Positions 50,024-61,712 of a DNA stretch of 64,000 bases are shown here, one piece after another. Position 1 is the stretch's first letter. Each line of letters starts with the position of its first letter. This stretch comes from Mustelus asterias (Eukaryota). The stretch is taken from the NCBI RefSeq assembly GCF_964213995.1, contig NC_135830.1, positions 11,408,001 through 11,472,000 on the forward strand, given 5' to 3'. The notes beneath the pieces are model-generated. The model was not told the origin of the DNA and did no database searches. It saw only the letters and a program-made list of their open reading frames with translations. A program made the position numbers and the translations under genes.

Positions 50024-50259
50024 TCATTGCTGTCCTTGGCGCTTGTTTGTCCCGGAGAAGCGGAGTCAGCGTTAGGCGGTGGCTGGGAGGATTTGGAAAC
50101 ACTTTGTGGATCCGCAGGCGGGAAGGAGCTCGAGCCGGCGGGTTTTCAATGGGAATTTTAAATGGCGCGGATCCAGAGCCCGAAAGAAAACCGGAAACAT
50201 AAATGGATCCGGGCGGTGAGGCTTCATAAACACCCGGTGTCGGCCAGGTGCCGGATCTC

Positions 50260-50565
50260 GGGCATGGGTGACACAATGGTTAACACTGCTGCTTCACAGC
50301 GCCAGGGACCCGGGTTCAACTCCCAGCCTGGGTCACTGTATGTGCGGAGTCTGCACATTCTCCCCGTGTCTGCGTGGGTTTCCTCCGGGTGCTCCGGTTT
50401 CCTCCCACAGTCTGAAAGATGTGCTGGTTCGGGTGCATCGGCCGTGCTAAATTCTCCCTCAGTGTTACCCGAACAGGTGCTGGAGTGTGGTGACTCAGGG
50501 ATTCTCACAGTAACTTCATTGCAGTGTTAATGTAAACCTACTTGTGGCACTAATAATTAAACTTT
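50260..50565 (+). mobile_element. V-SINE variant with non-CR1 tail
   Basis: HE1-like head + V-domain + tail as 14574-14825. Confidence 0.85.
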
Positions 50566-50729
50566 AATCCCTCAATTTACAAGACAAAATCCTCAGACGT
50601 TAACATCTGCCATCTTTATTAAGGGCAAAACCAAATGGATAACCCTCAGCAGAGAAAAACATCAGAGATAGAGTTTATTGTGAAAACAGTGGGTTGTTGT
50701 AAAACAGGAGGTCAGAATTATAGCCAACA

Positions 50730-52100
50730 ACAACTTCTATTTATAACATCATAAATCATCCCAGTGCACTTCACACAGGCGGCACAGTGGTTAGCACTGC
50801 TGCCTCACAGCGCCAGGATTCGATTCCCGGCTTGGGTCACTGTGTGGAGTTTGTACATTCTCCCCCGTGTGTGCGTGGGTTTCCTTCGGGTACCATGTTT
50901 CCTCCCACAGTCGGAAAGATGTGCTGCTTAGGTGCATTCACCCAAACAGGTGCTGGAGTGTGACGACTTGGGGAATTTCACAGTAATTTCATTGCAGTGT
51001 TAATGTAAGTCTTACTTGTGACTGATAAATAAACTTTGAGGAACATTATAAAACAAAGTGAGATTCCCAGATTCATCAGGAGATATTAGGACAGATGACC
51101 AAAAGCTTGGACAAAGAGGTGAGTTTTAAAGAGAGGCTTAAAGGAGGAAAGTGAGGTAGAGACAGAGGTGGGAATTCAGATCCTGGGGCTGAAGAACTGA
51201 AGACACACCACCAGTAGTGGAGCAATTACAGTAGGGAATGTACAAGAGCAGCACTGATATCTCAGATGTTTGTGGGAAGATTACAGAGATCGGGAGGGCT
51301 GAAGCCATGGAACGATTTGAAAACAAAGATGAGAATTTTACAATCAAGGTGTTGCATGACTGGGAGCCAAGGCAAGTCACGGAGGACAGGGGTGATCAGG
51401 GACTTGCTGTTAATTAGGAAAGGGTTGGCAGACTTTTGGATGACTTCACGTTCCCATGTGTAAAATGTGGGAGGCCTGGAAGAGTGCGATGGAACAGTTG
51501 AGTTTGGAGGTAACAATGGCCTGAATGAAGGTTTGAGTAGCAGATGCACTGAGGCAGAGTTGAGGGCATGTGATAGAATAGAATAGAATAGAAACCCTAC
51601 AGTGCAGAAGGAGGCCATTCAGCCCATCGAGTCTGCACCGACCACAATCCCACCCAGGCCCTACCCCCACATATTTTACCCGCTAATCCCTCTAACCTAC
51701 ACATCCCAGGACTCTAAGGGGCAATTTTTTAACCTGGCCAATCAACCTAACCCGCACATCTTTGGACTGTGGGAGGAAACCGGAGCACCCGGAGGAAACC
51801 CACGCAGACACGAGGAGAATGTGCAAACTCCACACAGACAGTGACCCGAGCCGGGAATCGAACCCGGGACCCTGGAGCTGTGAAGCAGCAGTGCTAACCA
51901 CTGTGCTACCGTGCCGATGTTACCGAGGTGGAAATAGGCAGTCCCAGAAACTTGGGATCAAATGGGACACCAAGTTATGAACAAACTGGCTTAATTTCAG
52001 ACATTTTCCAGGAAGAGGGATTGAGTGGATTGCAAAGGAACAAGACTTGGAAGGGGGACCAAAAACAATGGCTTCAGTATTCTTGATATTTAATTGAGGT
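50730..52100 (-). mobile_element. L2 3' fragment containing V-SINEs at 50777-51037 (+, variant tail) and 51572-51916 (-, HE1-type)
   Basis: Minus strand ITPVLRDLPWLPV..LDCKILIFVFKS L2 motif; SINE V-domains. Confidence 0.75.
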
Positions 52101-52841
52101 TAATTAGTCAACAGGAAGAGAACCAGAAAGCAGAATAGGCCCCGAGACTGAAACCAGGTTTAACTTAGTTAGAGAGGGAGGTTTAGAGAAACCCCCTTCA
52201 CAATTTCTCATCAAATCTCTAAACAGTCAGTTCTGGACACAAAGTTAATATCTGCTATTCTGACTGATCGGGTCGGGGTGATTCAGATTAATGTTTTCTC
52301 ATGTGTTATGAATGAAGTGAATCATCGAAAATACTATCTCTAGTTGTACACATTTTTTAAAAGGATACTGAAATGATTATCTGTTAATTTATTTGGATTT
52401 CAGTTCAGGGAGGAGGGAGAATGTGTGGGATGGGGATCTGCAACTTTGGGGGTTCGAGAGGAAAAAATTCCAGAGAAACTAGAATTGTCTGTTGAGAATT
52501 TCTATCCTGGGCTGTCAGTGATGACTTTTATTGACGGTTTTTACAGCTATTAGAAGTTGAGGATTGCAGTCGGGAATCTCAAACCAGACATCACATCAAG
52601 ATCTGACAGAATCACTCGATTCATTAGGACCTGGATATCATCGTACTTGGAAAGTGGAAGGAGAAATGTTTGTTTGTTTTGTCTATGGGAAAAGATTTCA
52701 AACATCAGTGTGACTGGAAAAGCACCGAGACACACGCACACCCGAGTGAGAGTGTTCCAGTGAACTGACTGTGGAAAGAGCTTTAACCAGTTACACAGCC
52801 TGAAAATACATCACCATTCACAGTGAGTAGAAACTGTACAC

Positions 52842-53570
52842 ATGTTGTGTGTGCGGACGAGGCTTCAACTGATCATCAACCTGGAGAGACATGATGACAC
52901 CGACACCACGGAGAAACCGTGGATATGTGGGGACTGTGGGAAAGCATTCACTTGTCCATCCAAACTGGAAACACATCGACGCACCCACACTGGGGAGAGA
53001 CTCTTCACCTGCTCCATATGTGGGAAGGATTTCACTCAGTCATCCAACCTAGCATTACATCAGTGTGTTCATACTGGGGAGAGTCCGTTCAGCTGCTCTG
53101 TGTGTGGGAAAAGGTTCATTCAGTCATACAATTTGGCATTACACCAGCGAGTTCACACTGGGGAGAGGCCAGTCACCTGCTCCGACTGTGGGAAGGGATT
53201 CACTCGGTCATCCCACCTATTGACACACCAGCTTATTCACACTCGGGAGAGACCTTTTAAATGCTCTGACTGTGAGAAGTGCTATAAAAGTTCTAGTGAA
53301 CTGATGTCCCATCAACGTGTTCACACTGACGAGAGACCATTCAGGTGCTCTCACTGTGAGGCTGGGTTCAGGCAATCATGTAGCCTCATTGTCCATCAGC
53401 GAGTTCACACTGGGGAGAGGCCATTCACCTGCTCCGAATGTGGGAAGGGATTCACTCAGTCCTTCAACCTGCTGAGACACCAGCGAGTTCACACCGGGGA
53501 GAGGCCGTTCACCTGCTCTGAATGTGGGCAGGGGTTCACTCGGTCCTCCAGCCTGCTGAGACACCAGTGA
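52842..53570 (+). CDS. C2H2 zinc-finger ORF, 7 fingers + truncated 8th; possibly decaying
   Basis: Paralogous start ATG is ACG here; upstream ATG in frame via 1-bp deletion; ends at HQ*(TGA)VH; AATAAA ~53766. Confidence 0.6.
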   Translation: MLCVRTRLQLIINLERHDDTDTTEKPWICGDCGKAFTCPSKLETHRRTHTGERLFTCSICGKDFTQSSNLALHQCVHTGESPFSCSVCGKRFIQSYNLALHQRVHTGERPVTCSDCGKGFTRSSHLLTHQLIHTRERPFKCSDCEKCYKSSSELMSHQRVHTDERPFRCSHCEAGFRQSCSLIVHQRVHTGERPFTCSECGKGFTQSFNLLRHQRVHTGERPFTCSECGQGFTRSSSLLRHQ

Positions 53571-53879
53571 GTTCACACCGGAGAAAGGCTCTGAGTGTGG
53601 GAATGGATTCACTGATTCATCCAACCTGCTTAAACACCAAAGAATTCACAAGTAACACAGTGATTGGAATCTGCTGTTAATCCTGTCCATGACTGTAATA
53701 TGTTCATTGGGTTTGTTTTTGTTGATGTTAATGAACTCTAGCCAGTTGTACTGTTTAACATTCTGAATAAAAGTCAAATAAATTATCTTTGTGTTCAATG
53801 CCACGTTGAATCTTTTTAATATCATCAACACAATTGAATTCCTTTTGTGGTGCTCTCCCGTTGATCTTCCTCTATCTTC

Positions 53880-54275
53880 ACCTCCCCACAAGTGCTCATG
53901 GAGGAGAAACTCATGATCTTCTTTGTCACTAGGATTGGGACAATCCAATCAGCTGCCTCTGCTGCTTCCCTCCTTCCCCTAACCCACTGAACCAAACCTC
54001 CTCTAACGCTCCCTTTTGTCTGCGCTCTGAACTCTGATCTTTCTGCAGTTTCTCTCCCACCTCCCCTCGTGTCCTCTTAGAGCTCATCTTGTCCATGAGT
54101 CCCATCTCCTGATCCTTCAGTCCTATTCCCACTGAACTACTGACAGCACGACTTCTCCATAATAGCTGCTATTGTTAATAGCTCCCTCCTTCAAATCCAA
54201 TATCATCATCCACTTCTCTCCAAAATATCCTTGACACATGCCCTTGTAAACTACCATTCAATCTCCCCTTCCTCA
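53880..54275 (+). mobile_element. L2 fragment
   Basis: Reverse-complement homolog of 7250-7660. Confidence 0.55.
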
Positions 54276-54899
54276 TATTGTGAATTGTTGTACCTTTCTC
54301 ACAGGTGTATAGAAAAGTTTATTTTGTTTGTTCAGAATCTGTGGAATTTTGTGCCTTTATTCACTTGTGAAGTATCTTGAATATCCACCTTTATCTATTT
54401 TATACAAACTTATCCAAATCTAAAAGCAGTTTAGTGGGAATTGGGTGAACAGAACAGAAGGTGGGTCTCCTGGACACGATGAGCTGCTGAGAGGAGATGG
54501 AATGTTACAATCCCAGCTGATGTTACTATTGGACAGGACGGTCCAAGAATAAAACCCTGACTCAAGTGACCATAACTTTTACCTTTTTGTTTTAGAAATG
54601 TGGATGAACAGAGTCACTGGACGGCCAATTAGCTTTTAACAAAACATCTATTAAACATGAAAAGATTGACAATAACTGAAGACCTTTTCATCCCACCCTC
54701 CTCCTGCTGCAGCGAACACAGTGAGGGAGCTCCCTCTTATGGTGCTGTGAGATAATTGGTCTCTACCTGGGAGATCACTGAATTCTCAGATGACGAAAGG
54801 ATCTTATTGGAGAATTGTGCTGCCGTAATTTTCTTGTTGCTATTATTTTTCATTTTAATATACTTTAATACAGATGGACCCATTCACAAATCGATAACA

Positions 54900-55125
54900 A
54901 TCTCAGAAACAGCAACAGGCAAACTCGCAGACACACAGACACATTGACAGACACTGGGAAACTCACAAACATATCTCCAGATATACATAATCTCAGACAA
55001 ACATCTACAGGCAAACTGGCAGACAAACACATTCACAGACATGCAGACGAAAAAATATTCAGACTTACACAAACACATGCACAGACATACACATTATCAC
55101 ACACACTCTCACAAACACGGAGACT
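54900..55125. repeat. CA-rich low-complexity tract
   Basis: Degenerate (CAGA/CACA)n. Confidence 0.7.
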
Positions 55126-55311
55126 GAGACCATGAAGGGTTGATGTTAATCTCATTCTAATATCCACCTGCTGGACACTAAAATAATAACAGAAGCAAAT
55201 CTGAGGCTCAGTGTGTGGGTTTTACTATGAAATGAGATAATGTATAAATATATCCCCTATTGCTCAGGGTGGGAGTGGAATTGATGATTTATCTGCTGTC
55301 TGTGATTGCCT

Positions 55312-56618
55312 TGAACAAAGAACAAAGAACAGTACAGCACAGGAAACAGGCCCTTCGGCCCTCCAAGCCTGTGCCGCTCCTTGGTCCAACGAGACCAACC
55401 GTTTGTATCCCTCCATTCCCAGGCTGCTCATGTGACTATCCAGGTAAGTCTTAAACGATGTCAGCGTGCCTGCCTCCACCACCCTACTTGGCAGCACATT
55501 CCAGGCCCCCACCACCCTCTGTGTAAAAAACGTCCCTCTGATGTCTGAGTTATACTTCGCCCCTCTCAGCTTGAGCCCGTGACCCCTCGTGATCGTCACC
55601 TCCGACCTGGGAAAAAGCTTCCCACTGTTCACCCTATCTGTACCCTTCATAATCTTGTATACCTCTATTAGGTCTCCCCTCATTCTCCGTCTTTCCAAGG
55701 AGAACAACCCCAGTCTACCCAATCTCTCCTCATAGCTAAGACCCTCCATACCAGGCAACATCCTGGTAAACCTTCTCTGCACTCTCTCCAATGCCTTCAC
55801 GTCCTTCTGGTAGTGCGGCGACCAGAACTGGACACAGTACTCCAAATGTGGCCTAACCAGCGTTCTATACAGCTGCATCATCAGACTCCAGCTTTTATAC
55901 TCTATACCCCGTCCTATAAAGGCAAGCATACCATATGCCTTCTTCACCACCTTCTCCACCTGTGTTGCCACCTTCAAGGATTTGTGGACTTGCACACCTA
56001 GGTCCCTCTGTGTTTCTATACTCCTGTTGACTCTGCCATTTATTGTATAACTCCTCCCTACATTATTTCTTCCAAAATGCATCACTTCGCATTTATCCGG
56101 ATTAAACTCCATCTGCCACCTCTCCGCCCAATTTTCCAGCCTATCTATATCCTGCTGTATTGCCCGACAATGCTCTTCGCTATCCGCAAGTCCAGCCATC
56201 TTCGTGTCATCCGCAAACTTGCTGATCACACCAGTTACACCTTCTTCCAAATGATTTATGTATATCACAAATAGCAGAGGTCCCAGTACAGAGCCCTGCG
56301 GAACACCACTGGTCACAGACCTCCAGCCGGAAAAAGACCCTTCGACCACTACCCTCTGTCTCCTATGGCCAAGCCAGTTCTCCACCCATCTAGCCACTTC
56401 TCCTTGTATCCCATGAGCCTTAACCTTCTTAACCAACCTGCCATGTGGGACTTTGTCAAATGCCTTATTGAAATCCATATAGACGACATCCACGGCCCTT
56501 CCTTCATCAACCGTTTTTGTCACTTCCTCAAAAAACTCCACCAAATTTGTAAGGCACGACCTCCCTCTTACAAAACCATGCTGTCTGTCACTAATGAGAT
56601 TGTTCCGTTCTAAATGCC
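55312..56618 (-). mobile_element. Young CR1, 5'-truncated, RT frame still open
   Basis: ORF 55264..56544; (gaacaaa)n tail. Confidence 0.93.
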
Positions 56619-57892
56619 AAATAACAAATATTAAATTGTAGAGATTATAAAGTTTGAATTGTAATATCTAATGGTGTAAAGTATCTGGGAGCAGAGTGGG
56701 TGTGATGAAGGCTGGAATACAGACTGGGGGAATGAAGATGAAACTGCTGTGCAGAGTGAATGGTTCTTGTTTTAGGGAGGGATGGATGGAGAGAGAGAGA
56801 GAGAGAGAGGAAGTGTGAGGTGGATTGTGGGAGAGATGGATGGATGGGGCTGAATGTGAGAAGCTGAAGTTTACATTTGAAGAGGTTCCCAGTGCCTCTG
56901 AGCAGCTGAACTGGGGAAGCTTTTGGCCAGACTGTGCTGCTGCTGCTGCAGTTTCCCCTCCTGGCCACGAAGGATCGCTGTAACTCTACCGGCCATTGCT
57001 GTTCCCACTGTCAACTCTTGCCCGCTCCAGCCCGCCCGCAGCTCATACAGGAACTCACTGACCAGGAGCGGAGTGGAATTGGAGATGATCAATGATTCCA
57101 AAATGAAACTGGATGGATGATTGAAATTGATTTGAAGGAAATCAACTTGCAGGGGAATTGGAATCTAGAAGGGGAATAGGATTGACAGGATTGCTCTACA
57201 GAGAGTAATCATGGACTCGAGTTGCCAACCCGACCTCTAACTATTGCAGAACACGCTGGAGGAATGAAAGAAAACAGATGCTCACAGGGTTGTAAAAGGA
57301 TAGAACTGAGTCTAAAACACCAATATGTTTTCATGGTCGTACATTTAAAATCAGATTATTGGAGATTAAAACTAAACCAATGGCATTGCTAAAGATGTTG
57401 GTGTTTCTCCTGCGAAGGTTGCAGCAAAGGAGGGAGCTTGTCAGAAATCAGTACCTTCTAATGTATTTATGATGGGTGAAAATAGAGACATGAGGGATTA
57501 TGAAGGAATTGTAAATTCCACCTTGTCCTATACAGTAAATAACACATTTTTCTTCTCTTTAGTTCTGAAAGAGTCACACAGATTTGAAACATTATCTCTA
57601 TTTTCTTCCTACAGTTGTTGCCAAACCTGCAGTTTTTCCAGCATTCTCTGTTTTTGTTTCAGAATCCATCATCCACAGAATTTTGCTTTTATGAAGCATT
57701 TATATTTGAAGGGGAAATCACTCCATTTTTGTCCAAGAGCCTAGAAAGATTGTTATCCTGTGAGATACTGCCTCAGTTCAGGGTTTATTGGGAAAAGATT
57801 TAGACTTTTCCAAAAGTTCTCTGAAACAAAATGTATTGATTTTGAGACATTGATTGGAAGTGTCTGTCTATCCCATTGTGTAGATTTTTTTT

Positions 57893-58180
57893 AAAAATTC
57901 ATTTATCAGATGTGTGCATCACTGGCTGCACCAGCATTTATTTCCCATCCCTAATTGCCCTCCGTTTCAGAGGACATCTAAGAGTCAACCACATTTCTGT
58001 GGCTCTGGAGTTGCATGTGGACCAAACCAGGTAAGGATGGCAGATTTCCTTCCCGAAAGGACATTACTGAACCAGATGGAGTTTTTCCGATAATCGACAA
58101 TGGTTTCATGGTCATCAGTAGATTCTTAATTCTACATTTTTTTATTGCATTCAAATTTCACCAGCTGCTGTGATGGGAAG
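57893..58180 (-). mobile_element. Second SINE-like family copy
   Basis: Reverse complement of 31550-31790. Confidence 0.65.
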
Positions 58181-58289
58181 TGTGTGTGACATTCAGGAGA
58201 GTGAACTTAAACTACACTTTGGTCATTGATTTGAATTGTGTGTCTATCTCATTTGTGTAGAGTTAAAACTACAATTTGGGTATTGATGG

Positions 58290-58600
58290 AGTCCAGAACT
58301 AGGGGTCATAGATTGAGGATAAGGGGTAAAACTTTTACACCTTTTTGAGGTGAGGAGAAATTTCTTTCCCTAGAAGGTGGTGAATGTGTGGAATTCATCA
58401 TCACAAAATATAGTTGAGGCCAAAATGTTGTCTGATTTCAAGAAGAAATCAGATATAGCTCTTGGGGCTAAAGGGATCAAGGGATATGGGGGGAAGGGGA
58501 TCAGGATATTGAGTTTGATGATCAACCATGAGCAAAATGAATGGCGGAGCAGGCTCGAAGGGTTGAATGGCCTACTCCTGCTTCTAGTTTCTATGTTTCT
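58290..58600 (+). mobile_element. CR1 3' fragment
   Basis: VVNVWNS..VEAK.LSDFKK..KGIKGYG and tttctatgtttcta tail. Confidence 0.8.
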
Positions 58601-58819
58601 AAATGTGTGCCTATCATTGTGCAGTGTAAATTTAAACTACGCTTTAATAAAGGGGACAGTTATCGGCTTACTGATTAGAGATTTTATAGTGGGGAATTAT
58701 ATAGTCGGTGATATTGTTTTTCATGTTCTAAAACCATGTTCATGGTTCAGAAGATGTTCCTGTGAGTAAAACAATCCCTCATCTATTTGTGCTCCAGTGA
58801 AGCAACAAATTTCTTCACC

Positions 58820-59377
58820 CAGAGGTGCCTCTACTTTCTCAGAAGACGAAGGAAACTTGACATATCAGCTACGACTCTCACCAACGTTTACAGATGCACC
58901 ATAGAAAGCATTCTTTCTGGTTGTATCACAGCTTGGTATGGCTCCTACTCTGCCCAAGACCGCAAGAACTACAAAGGGGGTTGTGAATGAAACCCAGTCC
59001 ATCACGCAAACCAGCCTCCCATCCATTGAGTGTCAACACTTCCCGCTGCCTCGGAAAAGCAATCTGCATAATTAAGGACCCCACGCACCCCAGACATTCT
59101 CTCTCCCACCTTCTTCTGTCAGAAAAAGATACAAAAGTCTGAGGTCCCATACCAACCGACTCAAGAACAGCCTCTTTCCTGCTGCCATCAGACTTTTGAA
59201 TGGACCTACCTCACACTAAGTTGATCTTTTGCTACACTCTAGCTATGACTGTAACACTACATTTTGCACACACTCCTTTCCTTCTCTATGAATGGTATGC
59301 CTTGTCTGTATTGTGCACAAGAAACAATACTTTTCACTGTATATTAGTACATGTGACAATAATAAATCAAATCAAAC
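58820..59377 (+). mobile_element. Rex1/Babar LINE 3' fragment
   Basis: QRCLYFLRRRRK..TLTNVYRCTIESILSGCITAWYG; tail aataaatcaaatcaaa. Confidence 0.85.
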
Positions 59378-60210
59378 TAACATGAGTAAAGATATTGATA
59401 TCCACCCTGGTAATGGACAGTGCAGAGGCAGGAAAAGTGCTGGAAACATTTCAAGATAAAAGTCCACCACCAGAGGAAATAAGACCTCAAATAGTGAATG
59501 ACAATTGACACTGAGTAGCTGCTATTGCTGAGACAGAACAAGAAATAACAACAACAGGAGTTCAGAGAAATGGACAAATTATTTTTTTTTAAAATATTTA
59601 AACCCCCCCCCAATGATTGGAATGAGTAGTTTGTGAGTGATGAGGAAGATTCAAAATGTTAGAAAACAAAATGAAAGTCCAGAATGAAGAAGCTTCGACA
59701 TCACTGGAAAGAAATTAAATAAAACTCAATCTGAATTAGATCAGGAGAAACTCCAGGATTATGAAATGTTCAAAGAACAAACAGGAGCAGCAAACCATTT
59801 TGCTTAAACATCAGAAGTATTTGAATGACATTCTGGAAATGGCTGAAGAAAATTTGGACCAATGACCTACAGCAGATTAGCGTGTGGAATGAGAACAAAA
59901 GTCTGAGCATTTATAGACAGGGGCTGGTAAATGAAAGTTTTACCTTGGAGAATAACTGGAGCTGAGGAGAATTCTCCCAAGGGACAGTGGTATGTTTATT
60001 GTGGTCTAGACAGAAATAAATAACTTCCAGATTGTGCCTTGTGAGAGAATCTGGGCATGTAAAAAGTAAACCTGAACACATCACACACAGTTATAAATAA
60101 TAGTGTTAAATTAAAAGAATTAAAACAAAATAGTATTATGTACAATAAAGTTCATTTTGGTAAAAAGAATTGTGTAGCTTTGTTGGTTTAAAGAAGGTAT
60201 TCAGCTTTCT

Positions 60211-60600
60211 TTAATGAGGAAGTGACAATGCCAAGGCCGGACCTTGTTTCCTCCTTGGTCGAAATGTAACCCCTGTCCACATCTCCACTTCATTCTTCCA
60301 CTGGTCTTATGGTTCAGACTCCGAGAACATCGGTGGGAAATCAGACCCTGACAATTCCCACTCACTTTCAGCCATCCTCACAAAAGCTGCTGGGATTGTA
60401 ATCTTCTGCCTGAAATTTTATTTTTCTTGAGTTTCCAACATTCAGCAAGAATTCTGTGACCATCTATTATTCCTGACAGTCTTATGGTGAAGGAAGAAAC
60501 TGGAGCCAATCTTTACTTGGAATAGATTTATTCAGAGTGAAACATTACAGGTGTATACTTCCTAACTCCACTCCTTGTCACTCTCTCTTTATATGTGGTC
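60211..60600 (-). mobile_element. Decayed LTR retrotransposon 5' end (partial LTR + gag N-terminus, Copia/GalEa-like)
   Basis: Minus strand TATA ~60590, AATAAA 60532-60527, then MAESEWELSGSDFPPMFSESEP*DQWKNEVEMWTGVTFRPRRKQGPALALSLP (60375-60211). Confidence 0.55.
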
Positions 60601-60659
60601 GCTCAATTGATGCGATTAACAGCCACAGCGCATCGAATCACTGTAACTGCCTTGGTGTC

Positions 60660-61712
60660 TCAGCAGTTTGGATGAACAAGTGAATCCCTGCCCACACACA
60701 CAGCAGGTGAATGAATCTCTGCGTTATGAAATCGTTGGTGTCTCAGTAAATTGGATAAATCATTGAATCCTTTCTCACACACGGAGCAGGTGAACGGTCT
60801 CTCCCCATTGTGAACTCGTTGGTGTGTCTGTAGGTGGGATGACTGAGTGAATCCTTTCCCACACTGAGAGCAGGTGAATGGCTTCTCCCCAGTGTGAACT
60901 CGTTGGTGTCTCTGCAGGTTGGATGAATCACTGAACCCCTTCCCACAGTCAGAACAGGTGAATGGCTTCTCCCTGGTGTGAACTCTCTGATGTCTCAGCA
61001 GATCGTATGACATTCTAAAGCACTTTGTGCAGTGAGAGCAGCTGAACGGTCTCTCCTCAGTGTCCAGCAGCACAGATTGTATGAAGCAACTCCCACAGTC
61101 AGAGCATTTAAAATGTGTCTCATTGGTGTGGGTGCCTCGTTGTCCCAGCAGACTGTCAGACTGACTGAATCCCTTCCCACATACGGAGCAGGTGAATGGC
61201 GTCTCCCTGGTGTGAATGCGTCGATGTCTCACCAGACTTGATGACTGAGTGAATCCCCTCCCACAGTCAGAGCAGCTGAACGGCCTCTCCCCGGTGTGAA
61301 TGCGCTGGTGTGTCAGCAGGAGGGATGAGTGAGCGAATCCCTTCCCACAGTCAGAACAGGTGAACAGCCCCTCACCGGTGTGAAAGCTCTCGTGATTCCT
61401 CAAAGCAGATGCCCGTGTGAATCCTTTCCCACACTGAGAGCAGGTGAATGGTCTCTCCCCAGTGTGAACTCGCTGGTGTATCAGCAGGTTGGATGAATCA
61501 CTGAAGCCTTTCCCACATTCAGAGCAGGTGAACGGCCTCTCCCCGGTGTGAACTCTCTGGTGTCTGTGCAGGGTGGATGAATCAATGAATCCTTTCCCAC
61601 ACATCGAGCAGGTGAATGGCCTTTCTCCGCTGTGACTGCGTTGATGAGTTTCCAGTTCACAGGGAGCACGGAATCCTTTCCCACAAACCTCACATTTCCA
61701 GGGTTTCTCCAT
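60660..61712 (-). CDS. C2H2 zinc-finger protein, 10 intact + 2 degenerate fingers, frameshifted tail
   Basis: accATGg start MEKPWKC at 61712; open to 60660. Confidence 0.8.
   Translation of the reverse strand: MEKPWKCEVCGKGFRAPCELETHQRSHSGERPFTCSMCGKGFIDSSTLHRHQRVHTGERPFTCSECGKGFSDSSNLLIHQRVHTGERPFTCSQCGKGFTRASALRNHESFHTGEGLFTCSDCGKGFAHSSLLLTHQRIHTGERPFSCSDCGRGFTQSSSLVRHRRIHTRETPFTCSVCGKGFSQSDSLLGQRGTHTNETHFKCSDCGSCFIQSVLLDTEERPFSCSHCTKCFRMSYDLLRHQRVHTREKPFTCSDCGKGFSDSSNLQRHQRVHTGEKPFTCSQCGKGFTQSSHLQTHQRVHNGERPFTCSVCEKGFNDLSNLLRHQRFHNAEIHSPAVCVGRDSLVHPNC

Noticed and set aside
52706-52880. Selenocysteine decoding of shared TGAs
   Set aside because: Positions are not Cys ligands, no SECIS recognised, leader has indels; CpG decay is simpler
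56871-57101. GC-rich 76-aa ORF with poly-Q
   Set aside because: No recognisable family, start or splice support
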